The position numbers were made by a program, and so were the translations under genes. Below the pieces are notes generated by a model. The model had not been told where the DNA came from, searched no databases, and worked only from the letters and a program-made list of their open reading frames with translations. Of a stretch of 64,000 nt of DNA, positions 29,332 to 39,344 are shown one piece after another; within the stretch, counting starts at the first letter, position 1; each line of letters begins with the position of its first letter. This stretch comes from Promethearchaeota archaeon (GTDB taxonomy: Archaea; Asgardarchaeota; Lokiarchaeia; Sigyniarchaeales; SOKP01): contig JAHLWS010000049.1 of assembly GCA_019057795.1 (NCBI GenBank), positions 1 to 64,000 on the forward strand. Reading direction: 5' to 3'.

Positions 29332-29402
29332 ATTACGGTTAATTTGTTCTTATTATATAATTTATGGTTTAAAAAATCCGTATAACCATATAAATTACCG
29401 CT

Positions 29403-29553
29403 TTCTGGGTTCCCGAACCATCTGTTCGGCAGATTGTTTTTCGGATGTGACCAGGTTTTATCCTGTAATACCATGACCGTAGCCGAAGCCACAGTTTGCA
29501 AGTTCCCATAGACTTTCTACTACAGTACTATTTGCAACGCAAAACAGTTTAAC
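29403..29553 (-). rRNA. rrf: 5S rRNA, circularly permuted gene (predicted 151-nt product with a loop C expansion)
   Basis: The minus strand gives the canonical 3' half first (GTTAAACTGTTTTGCGTTGCAAATAGTACTGTAG...CTATGGGAACTTGCAAACTGTGGC), then TTCG, then the canonical 5' half (GCTACGGTCATGGTATTACAGGATAAAACCTGGTCACATCCGAA...GAACCCAGAA). Helices I-V and the loop E AGUA/GAA motif can be paired by hand. Confidence 0.85.
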
Positions 29554-29748
29554 TTCCAGGCGGAAAATTTTTTTTTTAAATTTATATGGTAAAAGATACC
29601 ATGAACAACCATCTCATAAGTTTGGCTATATTATTGTAAAATGCTTTACTTATATGGTTGCAAGTAATTAGTATAGAATAGACTAGTAATTAAACTTTTT
29701 CATAATGAATCGTTAAATTTAAAAGGAATAGCAAATGACGCTTTAATT

Positions 29749-31896
29749 TCATACTAATTTTCTAAGGTCGTTTTTATACTTTCTAATTCCAACTAATATA
29801 ATTGTTGACGATATTCCTGCCAAACCTACAATCATAATTGACGCAATAACTAAAACGAAGTCCGCAAACGGCTTAGGTATTGCAAAATTGAAATTATCTT
29901 CGTAATAAACGGTAGTTTTATTTGTAAAGTCTCTCGCAATTACGAGGTATGAATATTTTCCAGGCTCCATTTTGTTTAAGGTAATATTAAACTCCCGTTT
30001 ATTTTCGTTGATATGGTTAGATAATCTATGAGTAGAAAAATCCGTGAAATCATTCCTTGATATTAGTAAAAATACGCTTTCGATTCCAGATTGATTATCA
30101 TTAGCGTTAATAGAAAACAGAAGATTATCAGATACTGTGGGGTTTATTGGAGCATAAATTAGATTCGATACTATAGGATTGTCTGTATCTAGAAGCGTAG
30201 TAAAGTTATGATAAGAAGGAATTACATTATGACCCGTAATAATAGTACTATAATTCTCGTTTGCTCCAGCGGGTAATCTAAAATCTACATACCCATTTAT
30301 ATCAGCATAAACAGTTCGATATTTTCCATCTGTAGTTCTTAAGTTAATTCTTGCTCTTGGAACAATACTACCAAGATTATCTCTAACTAGTAATGAAACG
30401 AGCTGACCTTCGTAAAAATTTTCGGTAAAATGATTTGGAACGCTTCTAGGTATGTCTGTGTATATATCCAGTTCGGGGTCGCCTAGCAAATTGTATGTTA
30501 GAATATTTTTACGTTGCCACTCATGCACCATCGAAGCGTCACCTCTTTTGAAGTAATCGCTATTCATATAGGTAACCTTAGAATCGTATAACGCCCTTCC
30601 TTGTTGGAACCTTTTTTCATCGAAAAACTCTTTCCAAAACAATTTCGCGTTGCCACGATTTAATTTTTCAAGATTTTCATCATAATCAAAATACCAACTT
30701 ACTCTTATAGCTCCTATGTAGCCCACTGCTCCCGCTAACGGTTGTTTTATTAAGCCCTCTCCTATGCTATTATCGCCTTTATCGTAAGAAGAAGTTGTAC
30801 AAGCATCCACATATATTAATGAGGGCATATCATTATTGCTACTTGATGACGCATCTGAGTAAGTATAATAAGAAACGCCACTTGCATCTGTAAACTTAGT
30901 TGGATCAGCATGCCCAGCAAAAATTATTGTAGAATATCCCGAATTAAATTCGTCAATGAAACTCATAGCATTAAGAGAACTCAGCAGATTAGGGGGTGGT
31001 GGATCGCTTGGCGTAAAATTCAAAGTAGTTTTTGTTAAGTGAGTAAAATTCATTTCTGATACCGTATAGTTCTGCCAAATATATTCTGTTAAGCGAGCCT
31101 CGTCTTCAGGAGGAGTATATGACGAAACACCCCCTGCTAATAGCATTTTATTCATCCAATCTCCCATTAAAGGATCTGCTTCATATTTTAAAGTTTTGTT
31201 GATCATATTAGAGAGCTCAACAATATTATCAGCTGGTAGACGACCAACATAGACTTCTGGAACCCACGATATCTCATCAATATTTCCCGTGTATTCTGAA
31301 GATTCGCCCCATCTACTATTGTTATTATCGTCCCACGATCCTGTTAAATCTGCATAATAAAAATCAGTTGGCTTATAATGATCGTCCCAATTCGAATATT
31401 CAGTTTGACCACTTACTAGAGTTACATCTGGGTTATATACCTTTCTTATAGGAATTAAATTTTCTTCAGCATCGCCAGCGAGAAGAACCCATTGAATGTT
31501 TTCCTTTTCGTAATACTCTTTTATCATATTTCTAATTTGCTCTGCTTTATCCCTCCCTTCATAATCCGAATAGTTGGATAAAATGATGGTTTTAACCCCT
31601 TTCTCGTTTTTCCATTCCATTAAAGGGGTAACAGCGTCCAAAAAACTCGTGTCATTTATAATTATAAGCATCTCTATTTTCTGATCGTACCAAGTGGCGT
31701 TTAATGTTTCATAGTCAATTTCTGGCAATTGAGACAAATCAATTTCGGGGACATTATTGGCCGTTTTCAATTTATATAAATTATTTTTATTATTTGCGAT
31801 TGGACTGCTAAATTCTATCGTAAGGCTTACAACTGGAATAAGAACCAAGATAATTAGTAAAAAAATTGCAAGTTTCTTACAACCTGTTTTGGTCAT
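29749..31896 (-). CDS. Peptidase C25 (gingipain-family) protein, exported and membrane anchored
   Basis: WKNEKG, WVLLAGD, TDFYYADL, VYVGRLP, catalytic FAGH and DAC, YNLLGDP; signal/anchor helix and C-terminal TM. Confidence 0.9.
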   Translation of the reverse strand: MTKTGCKKLAIFLLIILVLIPVVSLTIEFSSPIANNKNNLYKLKTANNVPEIDLSQLPEIDYETLNATWYDQKIEMLIIINDTSFLDAVTPLMEWKNEKGVKTIILSNYSDYEGRDKAEQIRNMIKEYYEKENIQWVLLAGDAEENLIPIRKVYNPDVTLVSGQTEYSNWDDHYKPTDFYYADLTGSWDDNNNSRWGESSEYTGNIDEISWVPEVYVGRLPADNIVELSNMINKTLKYEADPLMGDWMNKMLLAGGVSSYTPPEDEARLTEYIWQNYTVSEMNFTHLTKTTLNFTPSDPPPPNLLSSLNAMSFIDEFNSGYSTIIFAGHADPTKFTDASGVSYYTYSDASSSSNNDMPSLIYVDACTTSSYDKGDNSIGEGLIKQPLAGAVGYIGAIRVSWYFDYDENLEKLNRGNAKLFWKEFFDEKRFQQGRALYDSKVTYMNSDYFKRGDASMVHEWQRKNILTYNLLGDPELDIYTDIPRSVPNHFTENFYEGQLVSLLVRDNLGSIVPRARINLRTTDGKYRTVYADINGYVDFRLPAGANENYSTIITGHNVIPSYHNFTTLLDTDNPIVSNLIYAPINPTVSDNLLFSINANDNQSGIESVFLLISRNDFTDFSTHRLSNHINENKREFNITLNKMEPGKYSYLVIARDFTNKTTVYYEDNFNFAIPKPFADFVLVIASIMIVGLAGISSTIILVGIRKYKNDLRKLV

Positions 31897-32048
31897 TTAA
31901 AATCAATTTAATAAAAAGTGTCTTGTTTTATAATTATTTTTAGAGTAAATAATATGTTTACAAATATTACAACTAATTAAAAATAAGAGTATGTATATTT
32001 TTTTAAATAGATAGATATTAGTTATCTACCAATCGTTGTAGGTTTATT

Positions 32049-32276
32049 ATGCCGCTCAGATTTAACACTTGTCCATTTTGCCATGAAAAAATTGTATTCA
32101 CTATCGAGTTAAAAGACATCGATTCGTCTCAATATCCCGCTCCAGTGTATATCCTTCATAAAATCAAATCTTGTGGTAAAACAGCTACTTTTTATTTTGA
32201 TAGCCTTTTAAGAGTTTCGTATAAAGAACTGGAAAAAAAACCTGGGGCCATTAAAACGTTAGAAACAATCAAGTAA
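32049..32276 (+). CDS. Small putative zinc-binding hypothetical protein
   Basis: CPFC...YPAPVYILH...C...FYFDSLLRV. Confidence 0.55.
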   Translation: MPLRFNTCPFCHEKIVFTIELKDIDSSQYPAPVYILHKIKSCGKTATFYFDSLLRVSYKELEKKPGAIKTLETIK

Positions 32277-32410
32277 GATTTCTCTTAAGAATTTTATGTA
32301 AATCTTATATGTAACGATTAATTTAATAGAAATACTGCCTTTTATTTTTGTAGCGAGTTTAGAAGATTTATTAAATTATTACTAACCAAAGTAGAATAGT
32401 TTAAGCTGAT

Positions 32411-33982
32411 ATGACTAACGATTTAGAAGAGGTTTCAGGAATAGGGAAAGCAACAGCAGACAGGATGAGAGCGTCTGGCATTGATACAGTTGAAAAATTA
32501 GCTTCCACGACTCTAGACAAATTAACTAAGTTAAAAATCAAGGGAGTAGGTAAATCCACAGCTTTAAAGTATATTAAGAACGCTCAAAAATTGATTAATG
32601 AAAAACCAAGTGATACTGAACCTCAATTAAAGAAAGAAGACACTCCACCCAAGCCAGAAAAACATCAAAAACATGAACCAACTAAAAAACAAAAGCCAGC
32701 AAAAGGTAGGAATCTTAAAGAATTAATAAAAAAACAAGCAGAGTGTAATATTGGGCTAGTGGGCCATGTAGACCACGGTAAAACCACACTAGTTAAGACC
32801 TTAACGGGCGATTGGACGGATAGACATTCTGAGGAAATAGAGAGAGGCATTTCGATAAAATTAGGATATTCAAATGCGACTATTCTATACTGCCCTGAAT
32901 GCGATGAATATCTTACGTATCATATGGCAGAAGCAGCTAGAAAAAAAGGTCAACCAAGATTTGTTTGCCCCAACTGTAAAAAAAATTTAGAGTTTAGAAG
33001 AAATATTTCCTTCGTCGATGCTCCTGGCCATGAAATCTTAATGGGTACTATGTTAAGTGGAGCTTTTTTAATGAATGGCGCGTGTTTACTAATTGCCGCT
33101 GATGAAGTTTGTCCCCAACCACAAACGAGAGAACATTTAGCTGCATTGAATATTGCGGGAATCGAGAACATTATTATCATCCAAAATAAAATTGATGCTG
33201 TGTCAAAAGAGCAAGCGTACGAAAATTATAAGCAAATAAAAACATTTGTAAAAGATTCCATTGCTGAAAACGCTCCAATTATACCTGTTTCCGCAGTTTT
33301 TAATGTTAACATCAATCTGATAGTTCGAGCGTTCGAAGAAATAATACCTTCTCCTAAAATTCGTGAAGATGAAGAATTTCAATTCTTAGTTGCTAGATCT
33401 TTTGACATAAATCGCCCAGGCACAGAAATCAGTAAACTACGTGGTGGAGTTATAGGGGGATCCGTATTAAAAGGTAAAATTAAGGTTGGTGAAGAAATCG
33501 AAATTAGGCCGGGTCTTCGAGTTAAGAACGAATTTATACCAATTAGAACTGAAATAGTAAGTATTAGCCAAGGAAATAATCTATTAGAAGAAGCTAATCT
33601 CGGTGGTTTAATTGGATTAGGGACTAAATTAGACCCCGCCTTGACAAGGGGAGACTCTCTGATAGGGAATTTGGTTGGTAAAACTAACACATTACCCGAA
33701 ATTGTTTCACAAGTAGAGTTAAAAGTCAAGCTTTTAGAAAGAGTAATTGGTTCTGAAATGCAAATAAGGGTTCAACAACTTAAACATAACGAAAAGCTCT
33801 TAATAGTTGTTGGTACTGAAAAAACAGCAGGAACTGTTACAAAAATTTTAAAAAACTCTTATATTCTCAATTTAAATCCACCTATTTGCCCTCCTGAGAA
33901 TTCTATATTTGCGATTTCTAGAATTATTAATAGACGGTATCGATTAATAGGATATGGTAGACATTTTAATCAAAATCAGTGA
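32411..33982 (+). CDS. eif2g: Translation initiation factor aIF-2 gamma with an N-terminal helix-hairpin-helix extension
   Basis: NIGLVGHVDHGKTT, EEIERGISIKLGY, DAPGHE, QPQTREH, NKID, RSFDINRPG, RYRLIGYG; extra N-terminal HhH motifs. Confidence 0.95.
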   Translation: MTNDLEEVSGIGKATADRMRASGIDTVEKLASTTLDKLTKLKIKGVGKSTALKYIKNAQKLINEKPSDTEPQLKKEDTPPKPEKHQKHEPTKKQKPAKGRNLKELIKKQAECNIGLVGHVDHGKTTLVKTLTGDWTDRHSEEIERGISIKLGYSNATILYCPECDEYLTYHMAEAARKKGQPRFVCPNCKKNLEFRRNISFVDAPGHEILMGTMLSGAFLMNGACLLIAADEVCPQPQTREHLAALNIAGIENIIIIQNKIDAVSKEQAYENYKQIKTFVKDSIAENAPIIPVSAVFNVNINLIVRAFEEIIPSPKIREDEEFQFLVARSFDINRPGTEISKLRGGVIGGSVLKGKIKVGEEIEIRPGLRVKNEFIPIRTEIVSISQGNNLLEEANLGGLIGLGTKLDPALTRGDSLIGNLVGKTNTLPEIVSQVELKVKLLERVIGSEMQIRVQQLKHNEKLLIVVGTEKTAGTVTKILKNSYILNLNPPICPPENSIFAISRIINRRYRLIGYGRHFNQNQ

Positions 33983-34132
33983 AAACAATCATCTTTATAT
34001 TATTTATGGAGAATAAGAAAGAATATCGTTTTTAATCTCTTTAAATTCGTAGAAAACCTCATCCATTATTCGCTTGTCTAAAAAGCGTATGAAATTTTCA
34101 ATATCATCAATGAAAATTACAATCAATTTGTT

Positions 34133-35851
34133 TTAAGATCGTCTCTTATTATTAAAATAGGTGATTAAACCAATAAGTATCAAAGCACCGTTTATACATC
34201 CAAATATAAGAATCCAAAGTGGGAAAAATGGTACATTTGTACTTACGTAATTAACTTCGCTAAATGTATTTATTAAATCGATCATTATAATTACATTGTC
34301 TTGATAAATTTTAATTGTGTAGTTTCCATTAGGAACATTCTCAATTAAAATCTCTCCATTTTCATTCGAATATGCAGGTGCCATAGGTAGAATTAAATCA
34401 TTTGAGATATAAGTTCCAAATACTTTTCCAAAATAAAGTAATTCTATTCTATAACCAATTAAAGGCATGCGTATGTTATCGGTAATAACAATTTTGAGAT
34501 CGCTCGTAGCATCATATTTTAACGAAAACGGGTTTGTTTCACCAAGAATGAGATAAGGGAGCTCTAATCTCAATCCCTTCCTTTTTACGGCATTCTCAGT
34601 AAATATTAAGCTATTCTCTATTGTTTCTTGAGTAATGGACACTATGACGTCGTAGTAATTAACAGGTCTCTCAAATAAAGAACTATTGCTGATAACTTGA
34701 TCTGCAGAAATGGTGCTTTCAATTAACGTAACATTTTTTAAATAAATATGTTTTGGTCCAGATATTAAAGAAGGAAAGTATATTCTTTCCCTTACATTTC
34801 TACCTTCGCTTAATCTATCAATAGCCCAGCTGTAATCAACGGAATTTTCAAATTTAAAGGTGAAATTCGTTTTAAATGTTAAATAAAATATTTTAGAATC
34901 AGCTGAGATTGTAACATTTATTAAATTATCTTGTTCTAAAAAGTCATTTTCTACTTGATCGTTGATTTTTAATTGTTGATCGTAAAATAGGTTCTTATCA
35001 AGCGGATTGACGATTAAATCTACAACGAGATTGTCTGCTGGTATAGAAGAGATATTTATAATATCCGAACTCTTTAATCCAATTAGCGTAAAACTATAAT
35101 AAAATGAAGGGCTAAAAGTCTGTTGCTGTTGCGTTAATGTTAAGATACTTTTTGGGTCTTGAGCTAATTCCCATCCAAAAGTGGTCAATTTATATTCAAA
35201 AATGAAATACATAGAAAAATTGTGAAAATCATCTGGGTCCTGGAAGTAGTTTTGATAATCGAAGATTAAATTATCATCAGAATCAAGGGAGTATTCGTCT
35301 TCGCTTAATTCTTCAATGATCGAAAAAGATTCATTTTGTACAAATACTTGTTTGAGAACGCGTGGAACCAATCTTGGACTGTAAATTAAATACCCTTCTG
35401 ATTCCACCATAGAACTATTATATTGGACGCTAATCGACTCATTTATCAATACCGTTATTTCATCTGATTCTGGTAAAGACTTATCAAGATTATTGAACTG
35501 TGCTATTTCATTAGTTTGCATATATTGCGTTCCTAAATAGGTAATATTTAACGCTCCAGAATTTAGATCATCGACGAGGTTAGGATATCTATCTGATCGA
35601 TTAAAAATACCTTCTTCATTAAAAGTAAGTTTAGTTATTGTAATGTTCCCAAGGCCCTGCTCTGGAGCATCAAGAATTGGGGTATAATCGTCTTTAGAGA
35701 AGACTTGTATCTTAGGATCGATGTTTATGTTAAAATCTTCACGATCCAAAGAGTTGTAATTAAAGAGATCGGCCATAAAGATTAATGGAATTAGAGAACT
35801 TAAGACTACAAAAAGGACTATGAGAAATTTCCTGTAATTGGTGTTCATCAT
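34133..35851 (-). CDS. Hypothetical exported, C-terminally anchored beta-rich surface protein
   Basis: N-terminal signal/anchor, many N-x-S/T sequons, SNENGEILIENVPNGNYTIKI prealbumin-like segment, C-terminal TM with basic tail. Confidence 0.6.
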   Translation of the reverse strand: MMNTNYRKFLIVLFVVLSSLIPLIFMADLFNYNSLDREDFNINIDPKIQVFSKDDYTPILDAPEQGLGNITITKLTFNEEGIFNRSDRYPNLVDDLNSGALNITYLGTQYMQTNEIAQFNNLDKSLPESDEITVLINESISVQYNSSMVESEGYLIYSPRLVPRVLKQVFVQNESFSIIEELSEDEYSLDSDDNLIFDYQNYFQDPDDFHNFSMYFIFEYKLTTFGWELAQDPKSILTLTQQQQTFSPSFYYSFTLIGLKSSDIINISSIPADNLVVDLIVNPLDKNLFYDQQLKINDQVENDFLEQDNLINVTISADSKIFYLTFKTNFTFKFENSVDYSWAIDRLSEGRNVRERIYFPSLISGPKHIYLKNVTLIESTISADQVISNSSLFERPVNYYDVIVSITQETIENSLIFTENAVKRKGLRLELPYLILGETNPFSLKYDATSDLKIVITDNIRMPLIGYRIELLYFGKVFGTYISNDLILPMAPAYSNENGEILIENVPNGNYTIKIYQDNVIIMIDLINTFSEVNYVSTNVPFFPLWILIFGCINGALILIGLITYFNNKRRS

Positions 35852-36101
35852 TATTACTTCGAAAAATAATTATACAACAAAAAATTAAATAAAATTAATT
35901 AATTTTTCTTAAATTTTTAATTTTTGCTTCAATTTCCATGTATGTCTGGATATGATCCAAATATATTTATAGAATTTATTTTTACTTATTTATAACATCG
36001 TTTAAACGTATGATAATACGCCCAAATGGACTATGTTATTTTTTTCCATTCCATATTAGTTTAAGTAATTTTTGAATAATATATATTAAAAAATGATATA
36101 A

Positions 36102-37487
36102 ATGGTTCAAAAACCAGATCGAAAAAATTTTTTGGAAAAGCTTAATACTGCTGTAGATTTTTTTGAGGATAATTCTCGTAATCTTTACAACAATGTCATT
36201 GCGATTTCCCATAATGACGCAGATGGCATTAGTAGCTTACAAATTATTCAAAATCTGCTTCATAAAATGAACTTTAATTACGATTACTTTATTTATAACC
36301 GATCTGTGTCATGGGCAAATTATCTGAGTGGAATTTTGCCTAAAGCTCAAAATAATAAGACGGCATTAATCTTTACAGATGTTGGCTCCAATTTAACAGA
36401 ACTCATCCCGATCATCAAGAAAAGAAAAGAAGATTTTTACATCCTCGACCACCATGAAGTAGATGGCGATATAGATTTTGATATGCTTCCAGAAAATTTA
36501 TTTTTTGTTAATCCTACGATTTTTGGGTTTGACGGACTTGATCATATATCCGGAGCTACTTTAGCTTATATGTTTGCAAAAAAGATTGATTTTGCTACAA
36601 TAAAACAAGGCTGGTTAGCGGTTATTGGAATAGCAGGCGATTCATTAAAGTCGATGGAAAAGCTTCAATCGTTCAATAAGGAGATCTATCAAGAGTTGGT
36701 TGATGAAGAAGTTATTTATGATGAAGAAGGATTAATTCTGTTCGGAAGCATGCACGATTCCATAAAAAACGGTTTAAAATTTAGTATTTTACCTTTTTTA
36801 AATGGATTTGGCGGTGAGAATGATCAAAAGATTAAATCTTTTCTAAACAAATTGCTAATAAATCCAAATAAAAAAGTTGTTGATTTAGATAAAACTGAAA
36901 TCCAAAAAATCATAGATAATACTAATTTAAATATCGGACGCTTTGCTTTATTGCCTCAAAAACAAGGTTTATTGAAATTTGCTTTTGAACACGCTCTACT
37001 ACTAAATATTTTGTCCTTTAAAAACATAAGCGCGGCACTTTCAATTATACAGCAAAGAACAATAACACGTTATGCTAAAGAAATCTATTTTGAATATGTT
37101 AGTTGCTTAGTTAAAAATATGAAAATACTATCAGATGATTTGCCTCGCTATGAAACGGAAAAAGCAATTTTTATAGATGCTGGAAATAGTCCAATCCCTC
37201 CAAGTAATTGGTCCGATACGGCAAGTTTTACTTCTGTAAACGGGCTGTTAAAGCCAAATAAAATGTTGTTTTTAGGGGGTTTTGAAAAAAAGTCTCAAAT
37301 GGTAAAACTAAGCATTAGATGTTCCAGGAAATATTTAGAAAACAATGAAATGGGCGTAAATAAAGTAATTAGTGTAATTAAAGAGAATCTTGGAGGAACT
37401 GGTGGAGGTCATAAATTAGCGGGTGGAATAAGATTATCAATGCCCTCATTTAAATTATTAAAAGAAAGAGTAGATGAGTTTATTTAG
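36102..37487 (+). CDS. DHH-family phosphoesterase (RecJ/GAN/Cdc45-like)
   Basis: HNDADG, FTDVGS, ILDHH, and DHHA1 motif GGGHKLAGG. Confidence 0.88.
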   Translation: MVQKPDRKNFLEKLNTAVDFFEDNSRNLYNNVIAISHNDADGISSLQIIQNLLHKMNFNYDYFIYNRSVSWANYLSGILPKAQNNKTALIFTDVGSNLTELIPIIKKRKEDFYILDHHEVDGDIDFDMLPENLFFVNPTIFGFDGLDHISGATLAYMFAKKIDFATIKQGWLAVIGIAGDSLKSMEKLQSFNKEIYQELVDEEVIYDEEGLILFGSMHDSIKNGLKFSILPFLNGFGGENDQKIKSFLNKLLINPNKKVVDLDKTEIQKIIDNTNLNIGRFALLPQKQGLLKFAFEHALLLNILSFKNISAALSIIQQRTITRYAKEIYFEYVSCLVKNMKILSDDLPRYETEKAIFIDAGNSPIPPSNWSDTASFTSVNGLLKPNKMLFLGGFEKKSQMVKLSIRCSRKYLENNEMGVNKVISVIKENLGGTGGGHKLAGGIRLSMPSFKLLKERVDEFI

Positions 37488-37573
37488 TGTGATTAAAAAA
37501 TAATAACATAAAATTTTTCAAAAAAATGTAAAAAGATTTTCTTTGATTAGAGCAAAACTAATGAATTTGTACC

Positions 37574-37879
37574 ATGGATTTTCTTGAATTAAAACCAAAT
37601 AATGTGTATTTATTGAGGATAAGGGTAAAAACAAATTCTAAAAAGCGAGAAATTTTACGATGTTCTGAAACTGACTCTAACTTAACAATATTACTTCGTT
37701 CGAAACCCGTTCAAAACAAAGCTAATAGAGAACTGTTAAATTTAATAAAAAAGAAACTAAAAGTATCTTCAGATCAGGTTCAGATAATCGCAGGTTTAAA
37801 GAAAGTAGATAAAATATTACAAGTTAGCTTTTCTGAAAATATCGTAGAATCAGATATAATAAAGAGAATTTTCAATTAA
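37574..37879 (+). CDS. DUF167 (YggU-like) protein
   Basis: IRVKTNSK...SKPVQNKANRELL...VQIIAGLKKVDK. Confidence 0.85.
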   Translation: MDFLELKPNNVYLLRIRVKTNSKKREILRCSETDSNLTILLRSKPVQNKANRELLNLIKKKLKVSSDQVQIIAGLKKVDKILQVSFSENIVESDIIKRIFN

Positions 37880-37917
37880 ATAGGGAAATTCAACTTTAAT
37901 ATGTTATTGAAGTTATT

Positions 37918-38280
37918 TCAGCTTCCAATCTTTATCATCTTACCACATTTTAAGCATGTGATAAAATGTGTCATGCCCTCATCCGCACTCCTAGTCTGTC
38001 GAGTTTCTAAATGAGCTTTATCATAGCCACATCTTCGACATTTAAAATTTTTAATGGAGCTTCTTAAATTTTCTTCTTTCCACTTCATAAATTCGGTTAG
38101 ATTTGATACTTCCTCTCTAATAGAATGTTCTATTTTAGTTTTTATTCTATATGAATTAGCTTTTTCCTCAGTAAAAGGTTTCGTTGCACCACACTTACAC
38201 TTAAATACTTTTTTACCGTTTACCGTTGAAGGGAGCATCATACTTCCTCCACATTCATCGCAAAATTCCAATATTATCAA
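37918..38280 (-). CDS. tfs: Transcription factor S (TFS/RpoM family)
   Basis: FCDECGG...CKCG, CRRCG, QTRSADEGMTHFITCLKCG. Confidence 0.92.
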   Translation of the reverse strand: MIILEFCDECGGSMMLPSTVNGKKVFKCKCGATKPFTEEKANSYRIKTKIEHSIREEVSNLTEFMKWKEENLRSSIKNFKCRRCGYDKAHLETRQTRSADEGMTHFITCLKCGKMIKIGS

Positions 38281-38334
38281 TCCTATTAGCTTACTTTTTT
38301 AATAAGATATTATTGTTTTTTTTTCTAACTTAAC

Positions 38335-39297
38335 TTAAAATTTTAAACCAAATATTAAAACACAAAAAATTACACCCGTTAAAAGATCTGCGGTTGTACC
38401 AGGGTTTAGTTTTCCGTTTTGTTTATGCAATTCTTTATCAAATTTAACTATCAAATTTAATCCTTTTTTAGTAGTGATACCTCCATCTTTTATAATCTCT
38501 GAAGCTATTTTTGAAACATTCAACGCAGCTTCCTTACCCGCTTTCCTAATAATTAAGGTATCTAAATGCATGCTCAGTAGTTTTAAATATGTATTGACAA
38601 TTGTGCTATTTATGTCTTTACATTTCTCATAAGTATCAAAAAAATATGGTAAGCCTTCTTTTAATATAATATTGAAGCCACTAGCATACTCATTGCTTAT
38701 TAAATCATATTCTTTTGATAGTTCGAATATTTTTTTAAGATTTATATTATCTTTAATAATATCCTTATATGAATTTTCATCGTTAATATCATACTTTTCT
38801 ATGTTACCTAGTCCACCGGGATTACAAATTTTTATAGCGTCGTATAAATTCACCGTATCTTTAACTGTAGCATCTTCGATAACCTTTTTAATAAAAAATT
38901 CGAAATTTTCGATCTTTTTCATATTTAATTTTAAACAAATTGTAGCCGCGGATGCTAGTGGAGCTAAGATAAGAATGTGTCCTAGTAAGACGTTACCTCC
39001 AGACTGCCACTTCATCATTTGATTAGCTGATTCCTTAAAAAAAAGACCTAATTCAATAGAACTAAAATTTTCTTTTTCACTTTCTACAGAGTTATATACT
39101 GTTTCACAAAATCCTTTAAAATTTGGTTGGATTGCTGCAATACCCGCTAAAAAGTGTTCAAATCTTGTATTTGGAAAATTTTTTGTTCTATGGACATTTC
39201 CCGGTTTAGGCCACCCAGATAACTCCAACAAGCTCGAAAGATTTATACACCTTACTAAATCATTAACTGATTGGGTAACGATTGCTTTTATAGGCAC
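38335..39297 (-). CDS. CitG-family (triphosphoribosyl-dephospho-CoA synthase-like) protein
   Basis: LLELSGWPKPGNVHR, DTLIIRKAG, LNPGTTADL. Confidence 0.88.
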   Translation of the reverse strand: MPIKAIVTQSVNDLVRCINLSSLLELSGWPKPGNVHRTKNFPNTRFEHFLAGIAAIQPNFKGFCETVYNSVESEKENFSSIELGLFFKESANQMMKWQSGGNVLLGHILILAPLASAATICLKLNMKKIENFEFFIKKVIEDATVKDTVNLYDAIKICNPGGLGNIEKYDINDENSYKDIIKDNINLKKIFELSKEYDLISNEYASGFNIILKEGLPYFFDTYEKCKDINSTIVNTYLKLLSMHLDTLIIRKAGKEAALNVSKIASEIIKDGGITTKKGLNLIVKFDKELHKQNGKLNPGTTADLLTGVIFCVLIFGLKF

Positions 39298-39344
39298 ATT
39301 TAAGATATTAATTTTAAAAATTAAAATAGTTTTTTAAATGTAAA

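Noticed and set aside
29398-29563. SRP RNA, RNase P RNA or tRNA
   Set aside because: No SRP helix 8 motif, no RNase P conserved regions and no cloverleaf. The 5S helices and loop E explain the sequence.
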